NCBI RefSeq assembly: GCF_006345805.1
Contig: NC_043012.1
Location: 21,204,001-21,268,000, forward strand
From: Octopus sinensis
Lineage: Eukaryota
Reading direction: 5' to 3'
DNA length: 64,000 bases
Within the stretch, counting starts at the first letter, position 1. Each line of letters begins with the position of its first letter. A model generated the notes under the pieces. That model worked only from the letters and a program-made list of their open reading frames with translations. It was not told where the DNA came from and made no database searches. Positions 25,050 through 38,365 of the stretch are shown piece after piece. Position numbers and translations under genes: made by a program.

Positions 25050-25700
25050 GGATCAAAATGTCCATCCTGAGCCATAGGGTCAAAAGGCCAGTTTTCGAGA
25101 TTCTGTGACGCATATATCCTCATCCACAACCCTACCCACCGGATGGGACGCCGGTCCTTCGCAGGATAATTCGTTTTTGCTGGCCGATTGAACTGCAGCA
25201 ACGTGAAGTGGAAGCGCAATGGCCCAATGGTTAAGGCAGCGACTCGCGGTCGGAGGATCGCGGTTTCCATTCCATGACCGGGCGTTGTGTGTGTTTATTG
25301 AGCGAAAACACCTAAAAGCTCCAAGACTCTCCGGGAGGGGTGGTGGCGACCCCTGTTGTACTCTCACGCTACAACTTCCTCTCACTCTTTCTTCCTGTTT
25401 CTTGTCCCCGACTTCCTACGCAACCGCTGAGCCTGGATGCGCATTCATCCATCCGTCGATGCTCTCGGTGTCGGGGGTTGACCTTCTTTCTCTTCTGCGG
25501 GTCTTACGAATAGCGAAGGACCACGTTTCGGACTTCTCCCATCTTGCGAGCTCTGGGACGAAGACCGTTCGCTCAACAGCAACAGCAGCAACGTGAAATG
25601 AAGTGTTTTGCTCAAGAACACAACGCACTATTCGATCCAGGAATCCAGACCAGAATCTCATGATTGCGTGTAAACACCCTAGCCACTAAGTCACACACTT
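25050..25700 (-). mobile_element. Degenerate CORE-type SINE split by a later insertion
   Basis: GAACTGCAGCAACGTGAA...ATGAAGTGTTTTGCTCAAGAACACAAC is continuous once 25208-25597 is removed. Confidence 0.65.
25208..25584 (+). mobile_element. SINE with the family C head and a different 3' body (OR1-like, from memory)
   Basis: Same head as C; (CAA/CAG) tail; TSD GCAGCAACGTGAA at 25195-25207 and 25585-25597. Confidence 0.88.
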
Positions 25701-25963
25701 CCACATTAAGCTACTTTGGTACAGATATCATACCACAGGTGCTAAATACTGCCACCCACTTGGTTAAATACATTCATCACAATACTGCCATGGCGGGAGT
25801 ATTGCTAACTGACGAATGTTTTCAACAACAATATTTAATCATAAAACTAATGTTTCATTTGCTTCAAACAGCTTTCTACTGGTGAAAGGAAGTTCTTTAA
25901 TTGACAGCTAAATTGATTTGTTAACAGAGCAAACTTTTGCTCACAATTTCAAATAGACCTAAA

Positions 25964-26127
25964 GGCGGCAATCCGGGTGAACTTCTTAGCGGTATTTCGT
26001 CTTTACGTTCTGAGTTTAAATTCCGCCGAGGTCGACATAGCCTTTCATCCTTTCCGGGTTGGTAAATTAAGTACCAGTTGCGTACTGGGGTCGACATAAT
26101 CGACTGGCCCCCCCTCTCCCAAAATTG
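25964..26127 (+). mobile_element. SINE A (A2), truncated
   Basis: CTTAGCGGTATTTCGTC...CCGCCGAGGTCGAC...GACTGGCCCCCCCTCTCCCAAAATT. Confidence 0.85.
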
Positions 26128-26129
26128 AT

Positions 26130-26545
26130 TGTATGCATGAGACTTTGAAAAAGAAGCAACCCAGACTGGTGAATGGAGGTGGCTGTTCCACAATGCGCGT
26201 CTTCACAATCCTAAAGCTACCTGTCCAAAAGTTGCAAAGCCTGAATTATGAGATTTTGCAACATCACCTCCATTCCCCTAATATCTCTCCTATTGATCAT
26301 GAGCTTTTCATAAGTAATAAAGCATTCTTAAATAGAGAGAAAGTAATTGAAGAATTCGGACAGTTTATCACAACAAAAGATGAATCTTGATTTTAAAGAT
26401 GGAATATACGACATAGGGGGAAACGTAGGGTAAATGTCATAAATGAATTTAGATCACACTTTGATTAAATAAATCAGTTCTCTATCACTTCTGAAGCATT
26501 TTATTGTTACCTTCCAAATGTGACATTTCATGTGAAACAACCTAA
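26130..26545 (+). pseudogene. 3' fragment of a mariner transposase with right end
   Basis: LKKKQPRLVN, QKLQSLNYEILQHHLHSPNISPIDHELF (YSPDLSPxD-like); ends GAAACAACCTAA followed by TA. Confidence 0.8.
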
Positions 26546-26884
26546 TATTTATACACAGGTAGGCAAATGGATAGATATGTTTACGTACACATATTCTAGC
26601 GTGCAAATGTATAGATTAATACAGACAGACACATATATGCATGCATACGCATGTTTTCATGCGTCTACACTGACGCATATTTCTGAGCGCATATTATAAT
26701 CATAAATATGGATACGTATATTATAATCATAATATGTATATCATAATCATAAATATGTAAAGTAAATACCAAAAATACTTAAATGTAATAGTAAAGATTA
26801 AACAACATTCTAGTCTATAAAATTTTATGATAAAAATATCCAACAGTCACACATATACACAATTGCACAAAACACACAAACATA

Positions 26885-26997
26885 CGAGGGGTCTATGAAA
26901 AGTCTTGATCCTCAAAAAAAAAAAAAAAAACAGAACATAGTACAAGACTTTAAGGCTCAAAGGCCTTGAAGGCTCAAAACTTTTCATAAACCCCTCG
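26885..26997. mobile_element. Mariner-type MITE, 113 bp
   Basis: TIRs CGAGGGGTCTATGAAAAGT and ACTTTTCATAAACCCCTCG; TA on both sides (26883-84, 26998-99). Confidence 0.85.
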
Positions 26998-27157
26998 TAC
27001 ACAGAGAAGCACAAAACACGAACTTTGAAAAGTTATGTTCCGCCGATCAACTTGGAAACTTATCACGGACGCACATTGGGATGATGGTTCCCAACCCAAT
27101 ATCATGTATTATTGTTACAGCAATTATTGCAGCAATTATTATTACAGCGATTATTAC

Positions 27158-27703
27158 AGCCAACTGGCCGAATCGTTACGACGCCGGGCGAAATGCTTAG
27201 CGGTATTTTGTCTGCCGTTCCGTTCTAAGTTCAAATTCCGCCGAGGTCGACTTTGCATTTCACCCTTTCGAGGTCGATTAAATAAGTACCAGTTACGCAC
27301 TGGGGTCGATGTAATCGACTTAATCCGTTTGTCTGTCCTTGTTTGTCCTCTCTGTGTTTAGCCCCTTGTGGGTAGTAAAGAAATAGGTATTTTGTCTGCT
27401 GCTACATGCTGATAAATTTTGTCTGCTGCTACATGCACGATAAATTAAGTGCAGTTACTGGGGTCGATATAATCGACTTAATCGTTTGTCTGTCCTTGTT
27501 TGTCCTCTCTGTATTTAGCCCCTTGTTGGTAGTAAAGAAATAGGTATTTCGTTCGTCATTACGTTCTGAGCTCAAATTCCGCGAAGGTCGACTTTGCCTT
27601 TCATCGTTTCGGGGTCGATAAATTAAGTACCAGTTGCGTACCGAGGTCGATGTAATCGACTCATCCCAAGCTGCTCTTTAGGCAAAAATTTGAAATTATT
27701 ATT
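27158..27703 (+). mobile_element. SINE A trimer (A1-A1'-A2')
   Basis: Two junctions AAAGAAATAG|GTATTT at ~27386 and ~27543. Confidence 0.88.
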
Positions 27704-27821
27704 AGAGTGATAAATATCAGAGATCGTTAAGCTTAACAGTTCATAGCTCTTAACCGTAGTTTGTGGTTCGGTTCTTTGTAGCGGCTTGCTGTCTAATTAT
27801 TTAAGGCAGTGAGTGAGCTAA

Positions 27822-28175
27822 CAAAATCATTAACACGCTGGGCCGAATGCTTAGCGGCATTTCGTCCGTCTTTGCGTTCTAGGTTCAACTTCCACTGAGG
27901 TCGACTTTGTCTTTCTTCCTATCGGGGTCGATAAAATAAATACCTATTTCTTTACTACCCACAAGAGGCTAAACACAGAGAGGGCAAACAAGGACAGACA
28001 AACGGATTAAATCGATTATATCGACCCCAGAGCGTAACTGGTACTTATTTAATCGACCCCGAAAGGATGACAGGCAAAGTCGACCTCGGCGGAATTTGAA
28101 CTCATAACGTAACGGCAGACGAAATACCACTGAGCATTTCGCCCGGCGTGCTAACGTTTCTGCCAGCTCGCTGCC
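27822..28175. mobile_element. Tail-to-tail SINE A pair (+ partial 27822-27940; - full A1 27938-28175)
   Basis: Direct alignment to family A. Confidence 0.88.
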
Positions 28176-28296
28176 TTATTAAATAAAATAAATACCATTG
28201 AGCTCTGGGGTCGAGTAATCTAACCCCCATCCCCACCCAGAAATTGTGCAAAAATTTGAAACCAATATTGAGGCTATTCATGTTATTGTGAACGAA

Positions 28297-28347
<51 letters not shown>

Positions 28348-29471
28348 ACGCGCGCGTGTGTGCGCGCGCGCGTGTATACGCGCGTCCATGCGTTTTGTAG
28401 TGGAGTGGGGAGCGGCAAATATACTTACTCCGGTCCGTGTATGTTTAGTCGACTGCGCCACCCCCAATAAATGCAGGGGAGACGACTCACTACTTTGCAT
28501 GAAACGCAGGACAAACACTAACATCATGTGTCGATTTCGTGAATAAATATTCTGATATTAGATATGTGTGTACCTAAGCTTCTCGCGGAATTTCATAGCA
28601 TAATTGATTTTCAACAGTAGTCAATATCTTTTTACTGCATAAGCGACATTTATTTTATAGAATAAAAGTGTTTTTTTAAGTATCCTAGTTGGTTTCGTAA
28701 ATTTATCCAAAATTGAAAATCTTATCTATCCATCTGCATCACTTCTCTACAATTTAAATCAATTACGTCCATGACAAAATGCATGAAGTCGTCTGCTTCT
28801 CATGTAAATAATGTCAGAGTCTGTACCTATGTAAGAAAATATCGTTCTGCACATAAATAATGTTATCCACAACGTACGGTTTACCATAGTTATTCCCCCT
28901 CTTTGAGTTATCCCCCTTGCTTACAAAAAACTTTAACGAAGCTATTCACATTTACAAATAAAAGATAACTCAACATACGTCGTTTCTAGTCACATTTTTT
29001 CGGCTTCACTTGTTTTCTTGGTGGTGGGGGAGGCGTGCGTACTTTACAATACTCCAGCCTTAGCGAATGTATTTAATTTTAAAAGCATAATTTTTTTTTT
29101 CAGAAACATCGATACTAAAGTAAAAATCAATTAAAATACATGAGAAAATATGTACAAATCATTTATGAAAGCAGATACAAGTCAATAAATACTTTCATAT
29201 GTACATAGTTACAATATTTACATTTATTTACAGCGTATTTGAGTCCAATAGTTCTGGCATTCTACTGTGAGATAGCGTTGTAGATCGTACCAGCAAGTTC
29301 AAATAGTATATTTGTTTTGCCTGTGCATAATTATTTTTTTTCATACACCAAACCCATGATTAAGGTGTGGTATCTTATAATGGCTGGAAAACTATAAATT
29401 TAATAAATTTCAATGAATTTTAATGATTTTTCTGCGGTTCATGCTTGTTTTTCGTGCTACATCTTTTCTAG

Positions 29472-29505
29472 AGCTAAGTGGAATGTCTTGGAACCAATTA
29501 TTGAC
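29472..29505 (+). CDS. Candidate 34-nt micro-exon
   Basis: Acceptor TTTTTCGTGCTACATCTTTTCTAG, donor GAC|GTGAGT; phase-compatible with 23726-23864 (giving ...GPGV-L-AKWNVLEPIID). Confidence 0.2.
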
Positions 29506-29748
29506 GTGAGTCCAGTTATGTTAGCATATAGATTTGGGGGGGTTAATGCCTGTGTGTTGTTTGCGAGAGTCTTTCGACCGTTTCCTGATGTAAGATGAGT
29601 TATGTCCCTTTAAATAGAAATGATTCAAGTCAGACGTTCGCTTTATTAGGGAACGATTTAATTGGCAGCTCACTGAAACATGATCGGTGATCCAGCAGGG
29701 CCGTAGCCCAAAGACAGAAGCTAAATTTTAAAACAAAAATAAGAATAG

Positions 29749-29979
29749 ACGCAGGCGTCTCTGTGTGGTAAGAAGCTTGCTTCCTAACCACATAGTTCTG
29801 GGTTCAGTCTCACTGCGCGTCTTCTACTCTAGCCTTGGGCCGGCCAAAGCCTTCAGACTACATCTGTTATATTATTGACATGTTTCCCCTTAACATCGAA
29901 TACTAAAGTCGCTGGTATATTTACCTGCCCACACGTATTGAGTATAAATTTGCAAATAATAGTTTTGTAAATATGCGCA

Positions 29980-30010
<31 letters not shown>

Positions 30011-30235
30011 TGTGTGTGGTGTGTGTGTGTGTGTGTGTGTGTTCGTTCGAGCTTGTGCATGAACTCCAACACCACTTGACAGCCGGTGGTGGTTTGTTTA
30101 TGTCCCCCGATAGAATAAGTAGCAGACTTAACGAAAATACGTGCTGGAGTCTATTTGTTCGACTAAATCGTTCAAGGCAAGTTGCCCCAGCTTGGCCGCA
30201 GTCCATTGTCGGAAGTGGGTAAAAGAAAACACAAA
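29749..30235 (+). mobile_element. SINE B, interrupted and degenerate
   Basis: Head at 29749-29853; 3' half at 30070-30235. Confidence 0.75.
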
Positions 30236-30625
30236 AGAACGCTAAATGGCGGAACGATTGCAATATACTGTGAGCAACAGAGGGAGCACGGAATAAATTA
30301 CAAGTGCTTGCACCAGACATGTATCATCGAGATGTTATTGCAACCTGGGCAGCAGCTACCCCTTGGGGACACTGTAAATTCACAGGGGTACGTGAGATAT
30401 GGGGGACGCTGGGTATCTAGAGATTCCGGGATGCTTCTTAGAAGTGCAACACTTAAACCAGACAAAATACTTGTACAGGAGCAGGCATGGCTCTGTGGTT
30501 AAGAGGGTCGGTTGGCAACCACGTAATTTCCAGTTCAATCTCATTTCGCGGCTTTATTGTGTTTTCTTCTGTAGTCCGAGCTGACCAATTCCTTTTGAGT
30601 GAAATTTGCAAGTGGAAGTTCATCG

Positions 30626-30963
<338 letters not shown>

Positions 30964-31365
30964 TGGAACGGGAGTAATAAATACTCTACTAAGTAAACAA
31001 GTATTGATAAACAAAGCAAAAGAAAGGGTAATTCGTGAACGACGAAAGAAAGCTTCAAATGTAAGGGACATAACTCATTATTTGTTTGTCGTGTATTTGT
31101 CACAGCGATGGCTGTACACAATATATATCTCTGCCCACGTATCGAACTCGGTATACAGTTATGTTCCCCGGTTTGTTACTTTTATCATTTCTTTTCTAAC
31201 CTACCAGTTGTTGCCATTCTGTAGCACTAACCATTAATTGCGTGATTGCTAAGTTCACAGAATCATGATCAAACCATACTGGATCTCCAGTCGAAACAAG
31301 ATGTATTTTGTTGTATCAAGAAAACGCGGACATTCAAGCACACACGTCTATGTGTGTGTGTGTTG

Positions 31366-31396
<31 letters not shown>

Positions 31397-31804
31397 TGTG
31401 TGTGTGAGTGTGTGTGTGCGCGCACACGCTCTTAGTTTATTATACTCTTGTCTAGAAAATGTATGGACGCCATTTTATAGAAGTCTTAAATATTTCTTAA
31501 TCTGAAAAACTGAATGGTATTGAATGCAGAGTTATCTCCCATACATTGCTATTTACCTTGCTAGCGGTGCTAAATATCGTAGTTATTGTCGCTGGACGAA
31601 TTTATATTTGTTCAGGATTAAATTGACAATTATTTAATGACATAACTGTTTCACATACAAAAGCAATTTCCCTATAAGAATTAACAGCAAACACACACAC
31701 ACGCTCACACACACACACACACGCACACGCACACATACACATACACATACACACACACAAATACATACACACATACATCACGCACTCACACACACATATA
31801 TATC

Positions 31805-31945
31805 TTTTATCTATTACTTGTTACAGGCATCAGACTGCGGTCATGCTGGAGCACCACTTTGGAGTTTCAGTCGAATGAATCGCCCCCAGTACTTCTTTTT
31901 CAATCCTGATACTTATTCTATCGACATCTTTTTGCCGAACTGCTA
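31805..31945 (-). mobile_element. SINE B 3' fragment
   Basis: GACTGCGGTCATGCTGGAGCACC; TACTTATTCTATCG; TTTTGCCGAAC. Confidence 0.75.
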
Positions 31946-32009
31946 TATATATATACACACAAACATACATACATACATACATACACACATACATACAAAC
32001 ATACATACA

Positions 32010-32160
32010 TACATACATACATCGACTTTGCCTTTCATCCTGTCGGGGTCGATAAATAAAGTACCAGTTTCACACTGGGGTCAATGTAATCGACTTAATC
32101 CCTTTGTCTGTCCTTGTTTGTCCCCTCTATGTTTAGGCCCTTGTGGGTAGTAAAGAAATA
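32010..32160 (+). mobile_element. 5'-truncated SINE A1 within (TACA)n
   Basis: (TACA)n both before TCGACTTTGCC and after GTAAAGAAA. Confidence 0.88.
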
Positions 32161-32608
32161 CATACATACATACATACATACATACATACATACATACATA
32201 CATACATACATACATACCCTGTTGATGTTGTTGAAATTCCAATGAAGAAACCTTGGATCTAGGTTAGAAATCGATTGTTTCTCTATTGGCAAGAGATCTT
32301 GAAATAGCACCGCATAATATACAAGTACCAGCTCAGTGAAATTCTAAAGGTTACTCAAAGCATTTAGTTCACTAATTACAGAATACTATATCAGTAAACT
32401 TCTTGGACACAAAGTGATAAATTCTCTCAAGATGTTGTCATAAATTAACCCCATCACCTAACAATTTCAATTTTTCCATTTTTTTTTCTTGAGTTTTAAA
32501 TCCCAAAGTTATGAAAGTTAGATCCAACCTCTAGGAGAAGTCAATTTAGATTATAAAGGAACTTGAAAATGTTGAAAAAATATGCTTGTTGGTAACCTGC
32601 TATTTATA

Positions 32609-33002
32609 TCTTTATATATAAAAGTAAGGTTGTGTGTCTGTCTACTCCGATTTAGATTCCTAACAACTCCCACATTTTGCGATGCAGTTTAACCAAAACC
32701 GGGTATCTTATAGTCGTGATTCATATCGAGCCCTTCTGGGTATTAGCGCGCGTCTACGATGAGTCTACGATTTTAAAAATAATTTTCCATAATTTTTTTC
32801 CATTTTGATGCATATTTTTTTAATATAAGGGAAGTAACTCTCTAAAAATGTCTACGATGAGTCGACGATTTTTAAAAAAATTTACCATCATATTTTTTCC
32901 ATTTTTAATGCATTTTTTTGCTATTTTTTAGCTATAACTCTCTAAAAATGCTTTATAGTTATTTCCCTTACAAACCCGAGCAACGCCGGGCGATACTGCT
33001 AG
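32609..33002 (+). mobile_element. Non-autonomous Helitron
   Basis: A|TC 5' end (TCTTTATATATAAAAG), 3' hairpin CCCGAGCAACGCCGGG, CTAG|T end; internal ~105-bp direct repeat. Confidence 0.82.
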
Positions 33003-33164
33003 TCGTTATATATAATAAATCTTGTGTTATAAGAAATGTAGAAAATGTTGAAAACACAGTTTGTATCAAACGGCAAACTTCAATTGAAAAACTACATATA
33101 ATTACCAGCTCCAAATCAATTTGTCGTTTAATCTGTTTTTCATTTATCCATCCATTTATCTGCA

Positions 33165-33425
33165 TTGCCACAAATCCTTGATGGGTCATGGGAATAGAGT
33201 CCCCAGGCACCTCCTCCACAGGGTCCTATCAAAAGCAACCGTTAGGAAACTTTTTTTCCACCAGATTCCCAAGTGTTACCAGTTGAAACTATGGACATTA
33301 TCCAACCATCTCGCTTGTGGCCTACCTTTAAGTCTCCTACCAGTTGGCTCTGCTTGAAGAATCTGTCTTACAATCCTTTCTTGAAACATTCTAACCACAT
33401 GTCCATAGTAATCTGTCAATCTGGA
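33165..33425 (-). mobile_element. RTE-clade LINE 3' fragment
   Basis: YYGHVVRMFQERIVRQILQAEPTGRRLKGRPQARWLD. Confidence 0.8.
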
Positions 33426-34568
33426 GCATTGGCGGCCCGACCTGCAAAAACGCCCGCATCTCCGTGCTACGCTCCCTGTCAAGTAAACTTACTCCAGGGA
33501 CCTCATTTTTTTTTTTCAGTTCTTTTGGCTTTTCTACTTCGTCGGGAAGAGACGGACCTGTCTAATGAACCGATATTTTTCTAAGTTTCTGAGAGTGAGA
33601 GAGAAGAAAGATAAGATGTTATCCATAAACCAGGAATACTGGACTGAAATGCTTGTAACATATTAAATTTACTCAAAGACAATTGATGTCAACCACGAAA
33701 TCAAAACTCAAGGACCCAAGATAAATACCAGAAGACACCTTCTCCAACGACCTATCAATTTTTGCCAATCCTTCACCCGGTGATTTTCATTTCTTAATAA
33801 CGAACGAAAAATCGCTATTTAACCCATTCGTTACCATATTTCTTTTGAGCTATAAAACATTTGTTTCAATCAATTTTGAAAACAACGAAGATAGTAATAT
33901 AACTTAGTTTTTATGATGATGCTGGTGTTTGCGCCATAACTTAACATGTAATTTTAAGAAGGTTCTACTTTAGATCAGTTACAACAGGAAATTTTCATCA
34001 GAGAACTAAGGACGGTTCCGATTAAAATTCCTGGATGTTTCTATTTGGATGATTTTTCATTCGTTAGTCATATTTCTTTGTTCCTACCTCCTTCTGCTGG
34101 TGCGCTAGTAACCATAACTGACTTCTTTTCACAGACGTTTAGGTCACAATACATGCACAGCGAGGCTCCTGTGATACACACTTCAAATGTTTCGAAAGAC
34201 ATCCCCCAAACTCCATCTAAAGATAATGCTATGTCTTGAGATTGGAACTATTTTCGCTTTTCGCTGTTATTGTTCGATAATTAAAAGTCACAACGTTCAT
34301 CCAGTTAGGTTTTGTGTTCTTACCAATTGATACTCTTGCTACTATACAACGTGACCTGTTGTTATGGTGAGTTGTCACCATTGTGATTCCTCCAGAGTAA
34401 ACTAGTTGAAACCAGTTTAAAGCGTAATTAATGTGCCATACATATGCACGGGTGAGCACAGGTACACTTGCCTATTTATACACACATACACACACACATA
34501 CATATATACACGCTTACACACAACATATATGCGCGCGTATGTGTATGTGTATACATATTTACATACGC

Positions 34569-34605
<37 letters not shown>

Positions 34606-35384
34606 TATGCATACATACATATATGAAGGTATGCATATGCGCATAAGGCGCACACGTTTAAATGCTTCCTTCTTTCACTTTTGACTTATCTCTATGTAAT
34701 TAAATATTTACATACACACGCACGCAAGCACACACACACACACACACATACATGCACATACATATATAGCCAGACACATGCACATACACATAGGCACACA
34801 AAAACACGACGGGGTTTTGTACAGTTACCCTCTCCTAAATTTCATTCATAAGACGCTGATGGACCCCAGAGCAGAGTTGAAGGCAGCTGTCCGAAGTGAC
34901 ATGCAATAGGACCTAGTCGAAAACCATGTGGTGAGAAGAAGGAAACAGAGAGAGAGAGAGGGAGTGGGGAAGAGAGAGATGATTTTGGCCTGGTTAATCT
35001 GTTGAATTTGTAGATGTTTATGCCCGCGGAAAACCACAGTCGATTTACATCTTGCTTGAATTTGTACAAAGCAAATATTTTGATTTCTAATTTTAAATAT
35101 GAATATTTAAAACCGATTTCAGTTCCAACGTCTTTACTCGCCATTTTGTGATGGCTCCTTATTTTGAAAACAAACTATATAACCAGAGTATTGCGTTTTT
35201 TGTCGTTAACAACATTGTAAAAAAACGCATTGCCTGTTTCTACTTTACGTAGGTCAAGATCCTACAAGTCGTTAGAAATAAACTCGATAGCGGGGAGGGA
35301 TAAATCATGTCTAGACTGACTGCAACACTTGTACTCTACACAAATAACAAAGCATGTCATAGTGTGAAATGTGATCGTCCATTT

Positions 35385-36003
35385 CAAATTTTGGCACAAG
35401 GCCAGCAATTTTCGGTGAGAAGTTAATGTCGATTACATCGATTCAGGTGTTCAGGTGCCGAAAGAAGGAAAAGTAAAAGAGACCTCGACGGAATTTGAAC
35501 TCAGAACATAAAGACAGAAGAAATGACGTTAAGCATTTCGCCCGGCGTCCTAACGATTCTGCCAGCTCGCCGCCCTCCACTATGTATATATTTATTTCTA
35601 CATTGCCCACAGGGGGTTAAACACAGAGGAGACAAACAAAGAGATAAGTCGATTACATCAACCCCAGTGCGCAAATGATACTTAATTTATCGACCCCAAA
35701 AGGATGAAAGGCAAAGTCGACCTCGGCGGAATTTGAACTCAGAACGTAGCGGCAGACAAAATACCTATTTCTATTTCTTTACTACCCACAAGGGGCTAAA
35801 CACGGAGAGGACAAACAAGGACAGACAAACAGATTAAGTCGATTACATCGACCCCAGTGCGTAACTGGTACTTATTTAATCGACCCCCGAAAGGATGAAA
35901 GGCAAAGTCAACCTCGGCGGAATTTGAACTCAGAACGTAACGGCAGACGAAATACGGCTACGCATTTCGCCCGGCGTGCTAACGTTTCTGCCAACTCGCC
36001 GCC
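35385..36003 (-). mobile_element. SINE A cluster: degenerate A2 (35385-35575) and an A1 dimer (35590-36003)
   Basis: Junction AAAGAAATAGAAATAG|GTATTTT near 35762. Confidence 0.85.
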
Positions 36004-37439
36004 TTCCCCATACGTATATATATTGAAACATTAGAGCTGTTAGTCGTACCGCATCATTCAACTTCCTGCTTGAATCTACCATGAATTTGCCCAATCAGAG
36101 CTGAGCTGCAGCTACACTATAACAATAATAATAACAACAGCAATTCATTAATTTCCATTAATTGTCTCTCGCTGAGTTTTCAAATAGAACACTTTTTTTT
36201 ATATCCGTTGTTATTGAGACCCAGGACGATCCGATTGAATAGTCCTATGATCATAAACGTCCCAGCTATGGCTGTTCCCTGACCCCATCAGGATTCAGTG
36301 TACCCTTCCTTCTTTAAAAGAATAAGATATAGTAGGAGGGAGTTATGCCTACCATTTTTAGCAAGTCAAACGACCGCATAGAGTTCTTTTGTTATGTTAT
36401 ATAATTAGGTGGGAGATTTCTAAGATTTATATCAGATTTATAAGAATTGCAAAGATGTGGTAATCGTGTCACGCTCAGGTTATTTATGGGAATAGTCGTT
36501 CAAAGAATTAGAAGGTATATGAAGTTGGAAGTTTGATATTGCTTTTAAAATATCACTGGTACATACGAAAGTGCATTCTAAAAATAAAGGTATTCTCTGT
36601 GTAGGAGCGATTCCGGTCCATGGGATTATTAGTTTTCAAAGACAAATCGGAATTGCTGAAGGTTATTCATTGCAGCAGTGACTGCTAAGAATTGTGACTT
36701 TCGCTGAGAGTTTAATGTCGTATTTAAGGTTTTATCAAACCGAGTAGAGAATATTATTATTAATGCAAAATTATTCTGTACTTGATGCATCTGCAGTCTC
36801 ACATACGTAAGAATTATAGGATAACGTAATCAATAAGCCCGAGCATTTAATTTCCATTCTATGAAATTATAAATTATGAATAGCGCAGCCATTCGTAGAA
36901 ATTGTGAATAATAAATAATTGATTGGTAGTAGTACAAGATGTTATATATACAATCATTAAAACCTTACTACATCAAAAGTACATCAGACATTTTGTCACT
37001 TTTATACTGAGTCAATGGCGTTGCCATTACAAATGTAAAATAAAATAACAGAAACTGGAGCTTGAAAATATCTAAAATGTTAGTATTGAAACTATGTGAA
37101 ATAGAAAAGGTTACTTAGATGTATAAATTGTTGTTATTGTCTGTAATTGGCTATGGGTGTGAGCAACAAAGAACCTTTAAGTGAGGGTCTACGAGGGCCA
37201 TGAGCATTGCTCCTTTCTCCAGACTCGGCAATTAAAAAGCGAAAACTATTTTTATGCTGTCACAAGAACTCAGAAGTCCCGTGCTTTACACCGGATACCA
37301 AGATTTTAAATTGATCACTGATGAACTTAGACTTTGCTTCCGTCGAGAAAGTAACATTTTCTGAACAGTTCGGGGACTGGTGTCAATTTCTCTAAAGCGA
37401 AATGAAACCAATTTTGTAAAATTCGAAATAACTCTCGGA

Positions 37440-37610
37440 AATAAAAGTCTTTCTAAATTTGGCACAAGTCTAGAAATTCTGAGGCGAGTGGGCTAGTCGA
37501 TTTCATCGACCCCAGTACTTAACTAACTACTTATTTTATCTAGAACGAAAGGTAAAATCGCTAAGCATTTTGTCCGACACAATAGCGATTCTGCCAGCTT
37601 GCAGCCTTAA
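37440..37610 (-). mobile_element. Degenerate SINE A2
   Basis: GTCGATTTCATCGACCCCAGTAC; GATTCTGCCAGC. Confidence 0.6.
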
Positions 37611-37959
37611 TTCTAAAGAACATAATGAAACGCATGATATTAGAATTTTGAACTGATGTCACTGTGCCTCATCGTCAATGTTATTTCAGCTATTGACTTC
37701 GTAGTTCTATACCACTAACATTTGCTTGGCTGTCGTTAACACTCACGTATGAAGTGGCCAACATGTTCTGTGCGATTTAATTGCTGAATGTTCCGAGCAC
37801 GAACCGAACTAGAGATATCCACTGAGAAATAAATCGACAATAGATTACAACAGTGGTTCTCAAACAGCGCGCATCAGATGATATCCGGATGTGCCATGGA
37901 CAGGATGTAAATATGAGCTTCTTTTCTTTATAAAACTCATACTAGTGCCTGAGCATTTT

Positions 37960-38365
37960 GAAAAAGTTCACTTTGCAAACCGCATTGTTTCAGGTTCAGT
38001 CCCACAGCGGGGCATCTTAGGCAAGTGTCTTATACATGAGTCCCGAACCGACCAATGCCTTGTGAGTAAATTTAAAAGATGGAAGGTATGTGGACGCCCG
38101 TCGCGTGCATGTGTGTGAAGTGGGGGTGCGTGTGTGTATGCGCGTACGTAGGTATGTTTGTCACCCCGCCCACCACTCGACAACCAGTGTTTGGGTTTTC
38201 ACATTCCTATAATTTAGCCGTTCGGCAAAAGTCACCGATAGAATATGTACAGGATGTTAAAAGAATCGTAAGTTCCGGGGCCGATTCGTTCAACTAAAAC
38301 CCCTCAAAACGTTGCCCCAGCATGACCGCAGTCCAATGACTGAAACAAGTAAAAGATAAAAGACA
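37960..38365 (+). mobile_element. SINE B, degenerate
   Basis: GGTTCAGTCCCACAGCG...GCATGACCGCAGTCCAATGACTGAAACAAGTAAAAG. Confidence 0.8.

Noticed and set aside
37314-37365. CTGATGA with a possible stem II and GAAA
   Set aside because: No NUH triplet with paired stem III, and no stem I
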